A stretch of 64,000 nt of DNA from an uncultured Gemmatimonadaceae bacterium (GCA_963751275.1 CAVVTZ010000011.1:224001-288000); one strand, 5' to 3'. Positions 24,476 through 39,233 are shown, numbered from the stretch's first letter. Notes: generated by a model not told the origin, from the letters alone. Made by a program: numbers and translations.

Positions 24476-25846
24476 ATGTCCCTCGATCCCGGCATCTTCC
24501 GCCAGTACGACATTCGCGGTGTCGTCGGCACGGAGCTGACCGTCCCGACGGCGGCCGCGGTCGGCCGCGCATTCGCGGAGTTGCTGCGCGCGCGCGGCGT
24601 CCGCGGCGCGATCGCGGTGGGCCGCGACAACCGGCCGAGCGGCGCGGCGCTGCACGTCGCGCTCGTCGAGGGGATCCTGGCCAACGGCACGGACGTCGTG
24701 GACATCGGGATCGTCCCGACGCCCATGCTCTACTGGGCGCTGCACAAATTGCCGGTCGCGGCCGGCATCCAGATCACCGGCTCGCACAACCCGCCGGAGT
24801 ACAACGGCTTCAAGCTCTGCGTGGGACACGATTCGCTCTATGGCGAGGGGATCCAGGAGCTGTACCGCCGCGCGCTCGCACCGCAGCCGTCCGCGGCACC
24901 GCGGGGCACGCTCTCGCGGGAGACGATCCTGGATCGCTACGTGGCCGACCTGCTGGAGCGCACCGGACCGCTCGCGCGCCGCTTGAAGGTGGTGGTGGAT
25001 TGTGGCAACGGGGCCGGCGCGATCGCGGCGCCCGCGCTCTTCGGCGGGCTCGGCGTCGACTGGACGTGTCTCTTCTGCGAGAGCGACGGCACGTTCCCGA
25101 ACCATCATCCGGATCCGACCGTCGTCGAGAACCTCCAGGATCTGATCCGCGCCGTGCGCGCCGAGCGCGCCGACATCGGGATCGCCTTCGACGGCGATGC
25201 CGATCGCATCGGCATCGTGGATGAGGAAGGCCGGATCATCTGGGGCGATCATCTGCTCATCCTCTACGCGCGCGACGTGCTCGCGCGCACGGGGGCGGGG
25301 CAGCCGATCATCTTCGACGTGAAGTGCTCCCAGGCGCTGCCCGAGGAGATCGAGCGGGCCGGCGGCAAGCCCGTGATGTGGAAGACGGGCCACTCGCTGA
25401 TCAAGGAGAAGATGAAGGCCACCGGCGCGCCCCTCGCCGGAGAGATGTCGGGGCACATGTTCTTCCGCGAAGGATTCTACGGCCACGACGACGCGCTCTA
25501 CGGCGCCGCGCGCATCCTGCGGATCGTCGCGGCGAGCGGCCGCAACGTGAGCGAACTCCTCGCCGGCGTGCCGACGTTCGTCTCCACGCCGGAACTCCGC
25601 GTGGACTGCGCCGACGACATCAAGTTCGGGATCGTCGACGAGGCGGTCGCACATTTCCGGAAGACGCACGAGGTGATCGGCGTCGATGGCGCGCGCGTGC
25701 TCTTCGGCGAAGGGTGGGGGCTCATTCGCGCGTCGAACACGCAGCCCATTCTCGTCCTGCGATTCGAGGCGCGGACCGAGCAGCATCTCGCCGCGATCCG
25801 CGGCGAGATGGAAGGCTGGCTGCGCTCGCGCGGCGTCGCGGTCTGA
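24476..25846 (+). CDS. Phosphomannomutase/phosphoglucomutase
   Basis: FRQYDIRG, TGSHNP phosphoserine loop, FDGDADR and GEMSGH. Confidence 0.96.
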   Translation: MSLDPGIFRQYDIRGVVGTELTVPTAAAVGRAFAELLRARGVRGAIAVGRDNRPSGAALHVALVEGILANGTDVVDIGIVPTPMLYWALHKLPVAAGIQITGSHNPPEYNGFKLCVGHDSLYGEGIQELYRRALAPQPSAAPRGTLSRETILDRYVADLLERTGPLARRLKVVVDCGNGAGAIAAPALFGGLGVDWTCLFCESDGTFPNHHPDPTVVENLQDLIRAVRAERADIGIAFDGDADRIGIVDEEGRIIWGDHLLILYARDVLARTGAGQPIIFDVKCSQALPEEIERAGGKPVMWKTGHSLIKEKMKATGAPLAGEMSGHMFFREGFYGHDDALYGAARILRIVAASGRNVSELLAGVPTFVSTPELRVDCADDIKFGIVDEAVAHFRKTHEVIGVDGARVLFGEGWGLIRASNTQPILVLRFEARTEQHLAAIRGEMEGWLRSRGVAV

Positions 25847-25852
25847 GGCGCG

Positions 25853-28312
25853 ATGCGCGGCCGCTGGACGCTCGCGCTCATCCTCGCGGCCGGCGCGCTG
25901 CTCATCGGCCGCGCCATCGCCTCGAGCTACGCCGACGCGCTCTGGTACGCATCGCTCGGCGCCGGGGCGCTCTGGCGTGAGCGGGCCTGGCTGACCCTGC
26001 TCGCGCGCGGCGGCTCGGGCATCGCCGCGGGGTTCTTCGTCTTCCTCAATCTGTACGCCGTGCGTCAGAGCGTGATCAAGCTGGTGCTGCCGCGTCGCGT
26101 CGCGAATCTCGAGATCGGCGAAGAAGTGCCCGGCCGCACGCTCGTGCTCGTGGCGGCGCTGATCGCCGTCGTGTTCGGGTGGATCCTGGCGCTCCCCGCC
26201 GACTCGTGGCGCCAGCTCGCTCTCTTCCAGCACGGGATCCCGTTCGGCGAAGCGGACCCGTACCTCGAGAACGACCTCGGATTCTACGTCTACCGGCTGC
26301 CCTTCGAGACGTCGCTGTACCTCCTGGCGATGCTCACGGTGCTGCTCACGGTGGCCCTGGTCGCTTTCCTGTACGCGCTCACGCCGGGCATGCGCTGGGA
26401 GGCCGGCCGGCTGCGGCTCTCGCAGTACGCACGCCGCCATCTGCTCGTGCTCGGCGCCGTGCTCCTCGTGATCCTCGCGTGGAGCTACCGGCTGGACGAG
26501 TTCCGGACGATGTTCGACGGCAACGGTGTGGGCGGCGCGTTCTCCTACGTGGACCACAAGGCGATGATCCCCGCGGCGGGCGTGCTGTCGCTCATCGCGC
26601 TCGGCGCCGCCTTCCTGCTGCTGGTCTTCGGCTGGATGGGGCAGGCCCGGTTCGCGGCCGGCGCACTCGTGGTGCTGATGCTGCTCGGCGTGAGCATTCG
26701 CTCGCTGGCGCCGATCATCGTCGAGCGCTCCGCGGTGATCGCCGACGCCGCGGTGCGCGACCAGCCGTATCTACGCGAGCGCGCCGAATACTCGCGGCGC
26801 GCCTTCGCCGTGGACCGGGTGCGCGCCGCCGATGCGGCGCTGCGATTCGGATCGATGCGCGCGGCGGCGGCCTCGGTCTCGGCGTGGGACCCGTCCGTGC
26901 TCGTGCATGCGGCGTCGCGCCGGAGCCATGGCGACGTGACGGCGGTGGGCTGGGCGGCTTCGCGCGGCGCGCTGGTAGCGGTGATCCCGGTGCGTTCGCC
27001 GGCCGCCGCGCGCGACAGTGTGCCGCCGGCGTGGACGCTGGACCGATATCTCGCGTCGTTCGCCGACGCCGGCGGCGACGCGATCGCCGCGCCCGACAGT
27101 GGCGCCGGTGACGCGGCGCAGTCCACCCTGCTGGTGTACGAAGGTGCGCCCGACGACCTGCTCGTGCTGGCCGACACCTTCGATGTCATCCCGGCGCCCG
27201 CGCTCACCACCACCGCGGCGCGTCTCGCGTTCGCCTGGAGCCGGCAGCGTCTCGGACTCATCGACGCCGAGCTCCCGGGACCGCGCCCGCAGGCGATCGT
27301 GCTCCGTGATCTGCGGCAGCGGGTGGATGCCCTTGCGCCGTTCTTCGCGCAGGCGACCGCGTCGGTGCCGGTGGTCGTCTCGGACTCGGTGTATTGGGTG
27401 CTCGACCTGTACTCCACGAGCGAGACCTATCCGCTGAGCCGGCGCGATTCCCTGGGCGACGGCGAGTTCAGCTTCATCCACCACGCGGCGACGGCGATCG
27501 TCAATGCGCACACGGGCCGCGTCGTGCTCCTGGCCGACGCCGTGCTCGATCCGATCGCGAAGAGCTGGGTGACGATGTTCCCCTCGATCTTCACCGACCG
27601 CACGAGTCTTCCGGCGGCGATCGTCGCGGCGCTCCCGCCGCACGCCGATGGAGCGCGCGTCCAGGCGCGAATGCTCGCGCGCTACGGACGGCGCGGCGAG
27701 ACGCCGCCCGGCGGAGAATTGCCTCCCGCGCTGCCCGATTCGGTGCCCGCCGCACATCGCGACGGACCGTACCTGCTGCCGCAGGGACTGACGATGGCGT
27801 GGTCCGCGCCAGTGCTCGATGCCAATGAGCACGTGTCGGGGATCGTCGTCGCGACTGGCGGTGAAGAGCGCGCCACCTACTGGCTGCCCCTCGCCGCGCC
27901 GGGCGCCCGGTGGTCCACCGTGACGGGGCAACTCAAGAGCGCGCTCGACAGCGCGCTCACGCCGGTGGCCGGGATGCGCGTCACCCGCGGTGCCGTGCGC
28001 GCCGTTCCCCTGGGCGCGGGCATCCTCTTCGAACAATCGGCGTTCGGATGGCGCGCCGAGGCGGCGCCCACGCTCCTGCGCGCAGCGCTCACGGACGGCA
28101 CTGCCGCAGTGTCGGGGCGCAGCGTCAGCCTGGCACTCGGTGCGCCACCCGTGGCGACCGACAGCGTGCCTGCCACGCCCGCCGCCTTCCGCGCGCGCGT
28201 GACCGCGCTCTACCGCGAGATGAGCGCAGCGTTGCGGCGCGGCGACTGGCCGGCCTTCGGGCGCGCCTACGAGTCGCTCGGCGCAGTGCTGGGACGCCCG
28301 CCGCAGCCTTGA
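25853..28312 (+). CDS. UPF0182 family membrane protein
   Basis: Multi-TM N-half with FGEADPYLENDLGFYVYRLP; soluble C-half with LAPF, YWVLDLY and YPLS; ends GDWPAFGRAY. Confidence 0.85.
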   Translation: MRGRWTLALILAAGALLIGRAIASSYADALWYASLGAGALWRERAWLTLLARGGSGIAAGFFVFLNLYAVRQSVIKLVLPRRVANLEIGEEVPGRTLVLVAALIAVVFGWILALPADSWRQLALFQHGIPFGEADPYLENDLGFYVYRLPFETSLYLLAMLTVLLTVALVAFLYALTPGMRWEAGRLRLSQYARRHLLVLGAVLLVILAWSYRLDEFRTMFDGNGVGGAFSYVDHKAMIPAAGVLSLIALGAAFLLLVFGWMGQARFAAGALVVLMLLGVSIRSLAPIIVERSAVIADAAVRDQPYLRERAEYSRRAFAVDRVRAADAALRFGSMRAAAASVSAWDPSVLVHAASRRSHGDVTAVGWAASRGALVAVIPVRSPAAARDSVPPAWTLDRYLASFADAGGDAIAAPDSGAGDAAQSTLLVYEGAPDDLLVLADTFDVIPAPALTTTAARLAFAWSRQRLGLIDAELPGPRPQAIVLRDLRQRVDALAPFFAQATASVPVVVSDSVYWVLDLYSTSETYPLSRRDSLGDGEFSFIHHAATAIVNAHTGRVVLLADAVLDPIAKSWVTMFPSIFTDRTSLPAAIVAALPPHADGARVQARMLARYGRRGETPPGGELPPALPDSVPAAHRDGPYLLPQGLTMAWSAPVLDANEHVSGIVVATGGEERATYWLPLAAPGARWSTVTGQLKSALDSALTPVAGMRVTRGAVRAVPLGAGILFEQSAFGWRAEAAPTLLRAALTDGTAAVSGRSVSLALGAPPVATDSVPATPAAFRARVTALYREMSAALRRGDWPAFGRAYESLGAVLGRPPQP

Positions 28313-28337
28313 ATCACCAGTTCGCGCCCGATAGCTT
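28309..28337 (+). promoter_or_regulatory. Putative sigma70 promoter for carbamate kinase-sucCD
   Basis: TTGAAT-N17-TAGCTT, 9 nt before ATG 28347. Confidence 0.5.
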
Positions 28338-28346
28338 GCGCGCTCG

Positions 28347-29329
28347 ATGTCCACGCCGCGAAAGACCCCTGTGAGAACGAAGGCATTGCCGGGCACGGCG
28401 GTCATCGCGCTCGGCGGGAACGCCCTCTCCCCCGCGGGCGAGCGCTCGACGATCGCGGACCAGTTCAAGCACACGCGCGCGAGCCTCGGGCCGGTGGTCG
28501 ACCTCGCGCTCGACGGCTGGAAGCTCTGCGTCGTGCACGGCAACGGTCCGCAGGTGGGCGATGAGCTCGTGCGCAACGAAATGGCGCGCTCCGAGGTCGC
28601 TCCGCTCCCGCTGGGCGTGCTCGTGGCGGCGACGGCCGGCTGGATCGGCTACATGGTGCAGCAGTCGCTCGAGAACGCGCTCGCGCGCGCCGGCAGCGAC
28701 CGCCATGTCGCCACCGTGGTCACGCAGGTCGAGGTGGCGCAGCACGACGCGGCGTTGAGGGAGCCCAGCAAGTTCATCGGCCACGAGATGTCGGCACAGC
28801 GCGCGAAGGTGCTGATCGCGAACGGCGTGGCGGTGAAGAAGGATGCGCGCGGCCGCTGGCGGCGGGTGGTGGGCAGTCCGCGGCCGCTCGCGGTGCACGA
28901 GATCGCCGTGATCGACACGCTCGTGCGGGCGGGCACGATCGTCATCGCGTGCGGCGGCGGCGGCGCGCCCGTGTACCGCAATGCCGCGCTCGGGCTCGAA
29001 GGGGTGGATGCGGTGGTGGACAAGGATCTCGCGGCGGCGGTGCTGGCGAGGGACCTGGGCGCCACGCTGCTGCTGATCCTCACCGACGTGGACGCCGTGT
29101 ACGCGGAGTACGGGACGCCGCAGCAGCGGGCGCTGCGCTCGCTGCCGGTGGCGGAGGCGGAGGCGCTCGACCGCGCCGGCGCCTTCGGGGAGGGGAGCAT
29201 GGCGCCGAAGGTGCGCGCCGCGGTCGATTTTGTGCGCCGCACCGGCGGCCGCGCTATCATTACCGAGTTACGCCGCGGGCGCGAGGCCGTGCGCGGCAAT
29301 GCCGGAACGACGATCACGATGGAGCGGGC

Positions 29330-29333
<4 letters not shown>
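28347..29333 (+). CDS. arcC: Carbamate kinase
   Basis: VIALGGNAL, HGNGPQVG, CGGGGAP, DAVVDKD and GSMAPKV. Confidence 0.93.
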
Positions 29334-30471
<1,138 letters not shown>

Positions 30472-30475
<4 letters not shown>

Positions 30476-31347
30476 GCATCTTCGTCGACAAGAACACCAA
30501 GCTCCTGGTGCAGGGGATCACGGGCCGCGATGGCTCGTTCCACACCAAGCAGATGATGGAGTACGGCACGAACGTCGTGGGCGGTATCACGCCGGGGAAG
30601 GGCGGCCAGAAATTCGAAGGCACCGTGCCGATCTTCGACACCGTCGCCGAGGCCGTGAAGGCCACGGGCGCGAACACGACGGTGATCTACGTGCCGCCGC
30701 CATTCGCCGCCGACGCGATGATGGAAGCGGCCGCCGCGGGGATCGCGCTCATCGTCTGCATCACGGAAGGCGTGCCGGTGCTCGACATGACGCGCGTGTA
30801 CCCGTACGTGAAGGAGAAGGGCGCGCGCCTCATCGGCCCGAACTGCCCGGGGCTCATCACGCCGGGCCAGAGCAAGGTGGGCATCATCCCGGGCCGGATC
30901 TGCACGCCGGGTCCCGTGGGCGTCGTGAGCCGGTCGGGGACGCTCACGTACGAGATCGTCTATCAGCTCACGCGCGCCGGCATCGGCCAGACCACCTGCG
31001 TCGGCATCGGCGGCGACCCGATCAACGGCACGAATTTCATCGACTGTCTCGCGGCGTACGAGAAGGATCCGGCCACGAAAGCCGTCGCGATGATGGGCGA
31101 GATCGGCGGCACGGACGAGCAGGAGGCGGCGCGCTTCGTGAAGGAGCACATGACGAAGCCCGTCGTCGGATTCATTGCGGGACAGACGGCGCCCCCCGGC
31201 CGCCGCATGGGCCATGCGGGGGCGATCATCTCCGGCTCGGCGGGCACCGCCGCGGAGAAGATCGACGCGTTCAAGGCGGCGGGTATGGGCGTCGCGCAGC
31301 GCCCGATGGATTTCGTGCCTTTGATTCGCGAGCGGTTGCCGCGATAG
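30472..31347 (+). CDS. sucD: Succinyl-CoA ligase alpha subunit
   Basis: QGITG, IGPNCPG and RMGHAGA phospho-His. Confidence 0.98.
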
Positions 31348-31385
31348 CGGCCTCCGTTCGCACCTAACTCCCAACGACCAACGAC

Positions 31386-31814
31386 ATGGCCGGCAATCGC
31401 ACCCTCACGATCATCAAACCCGACGCCGTCGCGACGCGTAAGGCGGGGAAGATCCTCGCCCACCTCGAAGCGCAGGGCTTCCGCGTGCTCGCTTCGCGCG
31501 TGATGCACCTCACCCAGGCGCAGGCCGGGGAATTCTACGCCGTGCACCGCGAGCGCCCCTTCTTCGCGTCGCTCACGACGTTCATGACCTCCGGCCCCTG
31601 CATGCCGATGATCCTCGAGAAGGCGGACGCGGTGGCGGCGCTGCGCACCGCGATCGGTGCGACCGATCCGGCGCAGGCGGACGCGGGCACCGTGCGCAAG
31701 CTCTTTGCCGAATCGAAGGAGCGGAACGCGATCCACGCATCCGATTCCGATGAGAACGCCGAGCGCGAAGCGCGATTCTTCTTCGCCGAATCGGACGTCC
31801 TCGCGGCGCGCTGA
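31386..31814 (+). CDS. ndk: Nucleoside-diphosphate kinase
   Basis: [10 protein letters not shown] and NAIHASDS. Confidence 0.97.
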   Translation: MAGNRTLTIIKPDAVATRKAGKILAHLEAQGFRVLASRVMHLTQAQAGEFYAVHRERPFFASLTTFMTSGPCMPMILEKADAVAALRTAIGATDPAQADAGTVRKLFAESKERNAIHASDSDENAEREARFFFAESDVLAAR

Positions 31815-31832
31815 CCCGCTTGCGGGCCACAG

Positions 31833-31943
31833 CAACAACTGCTTTGACAGGATGAACATGATGGACATGATGGTGACCACACCAGGTCGCACCTCGCCGT
31901 TGACATCATGTCCATCATGTTCATCCTGTCAAAGCAGTTGTTG
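31833..31943. repeat. Perfect 40-bp inverted repeat element (ACATGAT-type), copy 1
   Basis: CAACAACTGCTTTGACAGGATGAACATGATGGACATGATG at 31833-31872 and its exact reverse complement at 31904-31943. Confidence 0.95.
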
Positions 31944-32003
31944 TGGTGGTCGTTGATTGCGATCGTCGCGATACAAGGGACAGCGACCGGCAATCATGAG
32001 AAC

Positions 32004-32033
32004 TTGACCGAAGGGCCGATGTCCAAGTAGATT
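32004..32033 (+). promoter_or_regulatory. Putative sigma70 promoter for yceD-rpmF-plsX-fab operon
   Basis: TTGACC-N18-TAGATT, 8 nt before ATG 32042. Confidence 0.55.
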
Positions 32034-32041
32034 CAAGGGTT

Positions 32042-32560
32042 ATGCTCTCCTTCGACCTCCGCGATCTGGAACGCAACGCTGCCACGGTGGACGGCCGCCT
32101 TGCCGCGGATGACCCGGTCTGGCAGGCGAGCGACGCTCGGCCAGCCGATGGCGTCCATGCCAGTGGCCGCCTGTCCAAGGCGGGGCCCGGCCGGTACTAC
32201 TGGAGCGGGCATATCGACGGAACGGCCTCCGGGTCCTGCCGCCGCTGTCTGATCGACGCGAGCGAGCCGGTGCGGGAGGATGTGCACGTGCTGTATGTGG
32301 GCGAGGGCGACGCGGAGGTATCGGACGATCCGGATGCATACCAGATCCCTCCGCGCGCCATGGCAGTGGACCTGAGCGAGGCCGTTCGCGAGCAGTGGCT
32401 GCTCGCCGCGCCGAAGTTCTTCCTCTGCCGGGAAGACTGCAAAGGGCTGTGCCCGCGCTGCGGTGCCGACTGGAATGCCGGCCCGTGCTCGTGCCCGCCG
32501 GAGACCGACAGCCGCTGGGAAGCGTTGCGGACCGTCCGCCACGCTTCAGGACCGCGGTGA
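32042..32560 (+). CDS. yceD: DUF177/YceD family protein
   Basis: CRRCL and LCREDCKGLCPRCG motifs; upstream of rpmF. Confidence 0.92.
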   Translation: MLSFDLRDLERNAATVDGRLAADDPVWQASDARPADGVHASGRLSKAGPGRYYWSGHIDGTASGSCRRCLIDASEPVREDVHVLYVGEGDAEVSDDPDAYQIPPRAMAVDLSEAVREQWLLAAPKFFLCREDCKGLCPRCGADWNAGPCSCPPETDSRWEALRTVRHASGPR

Positions 32561-32584
32561 ACCTTTTCAATCGCGTGAACTGAC

Positions 32585-32767
32585 ATGGCCGTACCCAAGA
32601 GACGCACTTCCAAGCGGAAGAAGCGCGCCCGCAACACCCACAAGAAGGCGCCGGCGATCGTGATCCAGGAGTGTCCGCGCTGCCACGCCATGAAGCGCCC
32701 GCACCGGGTATGCGGCGAATGCGGATACTACGACGGGGCGCAGCGGATCGAGGCCAAGGTCAGCTAG
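32585..32767 (+). CDS. rpmF: 50S ribosomal protein L32 (zinc-ribbon form)
   Basis: MAVPKRRTSK and CPRC...HRVCGECGYY. Confidence 0.98.
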   Translation: MAVPKRRTSKRKKRARNTHKKAPAIVIQECPRCHAMKRPHRVCGECGYYDGAQRIEAKVS

Positions 32768-32768
32768 C

Positions 32769-33784
32769 TTGGCTCGCATCGCCTTGGATGCGATGGGGGG
32801 CGACCTCGCCCCCCAAGCGCCCGTCGCGGGCGCGTTGCTCGCGCTCGCCGATCTGCCGGCGGCGCACCACCTCCAATTGGTCGGCCGCACCGATGTGATC
32901 AACGCCGAGCTCGACCGGCAGCTCGCCGGCGAGCTCAAGCACCTCGCGCCCCAGCGCGCGCGCATCGAGATCGTCGAAGCGCCCAATGTCATTGAGATGA
33001 CCGACAAGCCGACCGCGGCGATCCGCGGGAAGCCCAAGAGCTCGATGACGGTCGGCATCAAGATGCACGCCGAGGGAAAGACGGACGCGTTCGTCTCCGC
33101 GGGCAACACCGGCGCGCAGATGGCCGCGTCGGTCTTCCTGCTCAAGCTGCACGACGGCGTGAACCGGCCGCCGATCGTCACGCTGCTCCCGACGATGAGC
33201 GCGCCCGTCGTGTTGCTCGACTCCGGCGCCAACGTCGATTGCTCCGCCGATGAGCTCCTCCAGTTCGCGCGCCTCGGCAGCGTGTACGCCGAGGACGTGC
33301 TCGGCCGCGCGAATCCCGCGGTGGGCCTGCTTTCCATTGGCGAGGAGCCGGAGAAGGGGAACGCCGTCGTGAAGGAGGCGCACCAGCTCCTCGCGAAGAG
33401 CGATCTCAACTTCGCCGGCAACGTCGAAGGGCGTGACATCCTCACCGGCGGCTCCGCCCGCGGCAAGGTGGACGTCGTGGTCTGCGACGGATTCGTCGGC
33501 AACGTGCTGCTCAAGTTCTACGAGTCGGTGCCGGCGCTGATCTTCGGCAAGCTCGCGAGCAGCGGCGTCGCCAAGGAGACGCTGGCCGCCGCGTTCAAGG
33601 GCTCGACTACTCCGATTACGGCGGCGCGCCCCTCCTCGGCGTGAACGGGATCAGCATCATCTCGCACGGCCGCTCCTCCCCGCGCGCGATCAAGAACGCC
33701 ATCGGCGTCGCCCTGCGCGCGATCGAGTCCAGCATGGATGAGCACATTGGCCACAAGCTCGGCCATGGGAGCCATTCCGCGTGA
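32769..33784 (+). CDS. plsX: Phosphate acyltransferase PlsX (indel near 33600)
   Basis: [16 protein letters not shown] and [11 protein letters not shown]; shifted frame gives YGGAPLLGV and HGRS. Confidence 0.94.
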
Positions 33785-34771
33785 AGCGCCCCTACGCGCA
33801 GCTCATGAGCTTCGGGCGGTGCGTGCCGCCGAAGGTGATGACCAATTACGACTTCGCCAAGATCGGCATCGACACGACGCACGAGTGGGTGATGGAGCGC
33901 ACCGGCATCTCGCGAGCGCCATATCGCGACCGCCGAGGAGACCACCTGCAAGCTCGGCGCGGCCGCCGCGCGGATCGCGATGGATCGCGCGGGCATTCAG
34001 GCCGGCGAAGTGGACGTGATCATCCTGAGCACCGCCACGCCCGACCGGCTCCTGCCGTCGACCGCGGTGGACGTCCAGGCCGAGCTCGGCGCCACCCGCG
34101 CCGCCGCCTTCGACCTCTCGCCGCGTGCTCGGGCTGGCTCTACGCGCTCACCGTGGGCGAAGGGCTGATCCTCGCGGGCTCCGCCGAGACCGTGCTGGTG
34201 ATCGCGTCCGAGAAGCTGAGCTCGATCGTGGACTGGACGGATCGCTCGACGTGCGTGCTCTTCGGCGACGGCGCCGGCGCGACCGTGCTCAAGCGGCGAC
34301 GAAGGAGCGCGGGATCCTGTCGACCTACCTGCGAAGCGACGGCACCCTCGCGGAGTTGCTCTATCGTCCCGGCGGCGGCGCGCGCATCCCGAGCGGAGCA
34401 GCTGCTCAAGGACCGCAGCTCCCACCTGTCAAGATGGCCGGGCGCGAGGTGTTCAAGCAGCGGTGCGCTCGATGGCCGACGCGGCCGATCGCGCGCTCGA
34501 CGGCGGAAGCTCACGCGGAGCAGGACATCGACCTGCTCATGCCGCACCAGGCGAACATCCGGATCATCGAGGCGACGGCCAAGCACGCGCGGGATCCCGA
34601 TGGAGAAGGTCTACGTGAACGTCGATCGCTACGGGAACACGTCGTCGGCCTCGATCCCGGTCGCCCTCGACGAGCGATCGAATCGGGGCGGCGCTGAAGG
34701 AAGGCTCCATCGTGCTGCTCGTCGCGTTCGGCGCGGGCTTCACGTGGGCTTCGATGGTCATCCGCCTCTGA
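33781..34771 (+). CDS. fabH: Beta-ketoacyl-ACP synthase III (many apparent indels)
   Basis: [39 protein letters not shown] and FGAGFTW. Confidence 0.92.
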
Positions 34772-34788
34772 GCGCATCGCGATCCCAC

Positions 34789-36798
<2,010 letters not shown>

Positions 36799-36799
<1 letters not shown>

Positions 36800-38056
36800 T
36801 GAAGCGGCGGGTCGTCGTCACCGGCCTCGGGGCGGTGACGCCCGTCGGCAACGACGTGGCGACGACGTGGCAGCGCACTGGTCGCCGGCAAGTCCGGGGC
36901 CGCGCCGATCACGAAATTCGACGCGACCACGCTCGAGGTGCCGGTTCGCCTGCGAGGTGAAGGGCTTCGACCCGCTGCACTACATGGACCGCAAGGAGGC
37001 CAAGCGCGCCGACCTGTACGCGCAGTACGCGATCGCGGCCGCGGCGCAGGCCATGGCGGACGCGGGCTTCGTGGACGGCAAGGGCTACGACCCGGACCGC
37101 ACCGGCGTGATCGTCGGCAGCGGCATCGGCGGACTCGCGCACCTTCGAGGAGCAGCACAACGATCTACCTCGAGCAGGCGCCGAGCAAGATCACCCCGTT
37201 CTTCGTCCCGATGTTCATCGCCGACATCGCGGCCGGGCTCGTCTCGATGCGATTCCAGGCGAACGGGCCGAACTACGCGACCGTCTCCGCGTGCGCCACG
37301 AGCGGCGCACGCGATCGGCGACGCCTACCGCACCATCCAGTACGGCGACGCCGACGTCATGATCGCCGGCGGGTCGGAGGCGACCGTCACGCCCATGGCC
37401 ATCGGCGGGTTCGCGAACATGAAGGCGCTCTCCGAGCGCAACGACGACCGACGACGGCGTCGCGCCCGTTCGACGCGACGCGCGACGGCTTCGTGATGGG
37501 CGAAGGCGGCGCGGATCGTGGTCCTCGAGGAGCTCGAGCACGCCAAGCGGCGCGGCGCGCGGATCTACGCCGAGGTCGCCGGCTACGGCGCCACCGGCGA
37601 CGCGTACCACCTCACGTCGCCCGCGCCCGGAGGGCGAGGGCGCGCAGCGCGCGATGCGGCGCGCGCTGGCGGACGCCGGCGTCGACGCCCGAGCGACATC
37701 GCAGTACATCAACGCGCACGGCACCTCGACGCCAGCCGAACGACCTGAACGAGACCAAGGCGATCAAGGCGGTCTTCGGCGAGCGGCGCGCACGCGTGAA
37801 CATCAGCTCCACCAAGTCCTGACCGGCCACCTGCTCGGCGCGGCCGGCGCGGTCGAGTTCCTCATCTGCGCGCTCGCCGTCGCAGCACGGGGACGATCCC
37901 GCCCACGATCAACTACGTCACACGCCCGATCCCGAGTGCGACCTGACTACACGCCGAACAAGCGGTCGAGCGCCGCGTGCACGTGGCGCTCAGCAACTCG
38001 CTTCGGCTTCGGCGGCCACAACGTCGCGCTCGCGGTGAAGCGGTTCGAGGCGATGA
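36799..38056 (+). CDS. fabF: Beta-ketoacyl-ACP synthase II (many apparent indels)
   Basis: [40 protein letters not shown] and FGFGGHN. Confidence 0.93.
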
Positions 38057-39232
38057 CGTGCCCACGCCCGGCGATGGTCGAGCCCGCGCGCCGTGACGGA
38101 TCCCGCGCTGCGTCCCGTCGCCGAGAAGGTGCGCGCCGGTGAGCGGCTCGACGTCGAGGCCGACGCCGTCGCGCTCTTCGAGCGCCGCGACCTGCTCGCG
38201 TCGGCGCCATGGCCGACGCCGCCAACCGCGCGAAGAACGGCGACCGCGTCTATCTTCGCGGCGAACCAGCACATCAATCCGACGAACGTCTGCATGCTGC
38301 GGAAGACCTGCGTCTTCTGCTCGTACGCGCGGCTGCCGAAGGAGGAAGGCGCGTACCGCGTACACGCTCGAGCAGGTGCTGCGCCGAGGCGGCGCGCGCC
38401 AAGAGTACGCTGACCCGCGAGTTCCACATCGTGGGCGGCCTCGCACCTCAAGCGGGCCTCGAGTACTACACGGACATGATCCGCGCCCTCAAGGCGCGCC
38501 GTACCCCGACGTGCACATCAAGGCGCTCACCGCGGTCGAGATCGCGCACATCGCGCGCATCGAGAAGATGACTCGTCCGCGACGTGCTGCGCTGCTCTGC
38601 GCGAGGCCGGGCTCAACACGCTCCCCGGCGGCGGCGCCGAGGTCTTCTCGCACGGGCGTGCGCGCGACGATCGCCGACCGCAAGCTCGCCGGCGAGGACT
38701 GGATCGAGCGTGCACCGCGAGGCGCACGGCTCGGCATCCGGACCAACTGCACGATGCTCTACGGGCACGTGGAGACGCATCGACGACCGCGTGGAGCACC
38801 TGCTGATGCTGCGCGCCCTGCAGGACGAGACCGGCGGATTCCTCACGTACATCCCGCTCGCCTACCACCCGGACCACAACGAGCTGGGCGAGGAGCTCGG
38901 CCGGCACGGGCACCGCCACCACGGGCGTCGACGACCTCACGAACATCGCCGTGGGCCGGCTCTTCCTCGACAACATCCCGCACGTCAAGACGCACTGGAT
39001 CATGGTCACGCCGTTCGCTCTCGCAGGTCGCGCTGCACTTCGGCGCGAACGATCTCGAGGGCACGGTGGTGCACGAGAAGGTCTATCACGAGGCCGGCGC
39101 GCACACGCCGCAGGCGATGTCGCTCGACGAGCTGCTCAGCTGATCCGCGGGGCGGGGAAGGTGCCGGTGGAGCGCGACTCGCTCTACCACGCCGTCCGGA
39201 ACTTCGATCCGGCAGCCGCCGAGGCGGCCTGA
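38053..39232 (+). CDS. mqnE: Aminofutalosine synthase, CofH/MqnE-type radical SAM (many apparent indels; start approximate)
   Basis: HINPTNVC, EFHIVGG, KALTAVEI, PGGGAE, TMLYGH, FLDNIPHVKTHW and HEAGA. Confidence 0.85.
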
Positions 39233-39233
39233 C

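Noticed and set aside
30963..31993. Short ORFs containing MSIMFILS / DRMNMMDMM (also near 44650-44854)
   Set aside because: They are translations of the inverted-repeat arms and overlap real genes or promoters; there is no sign of coding function
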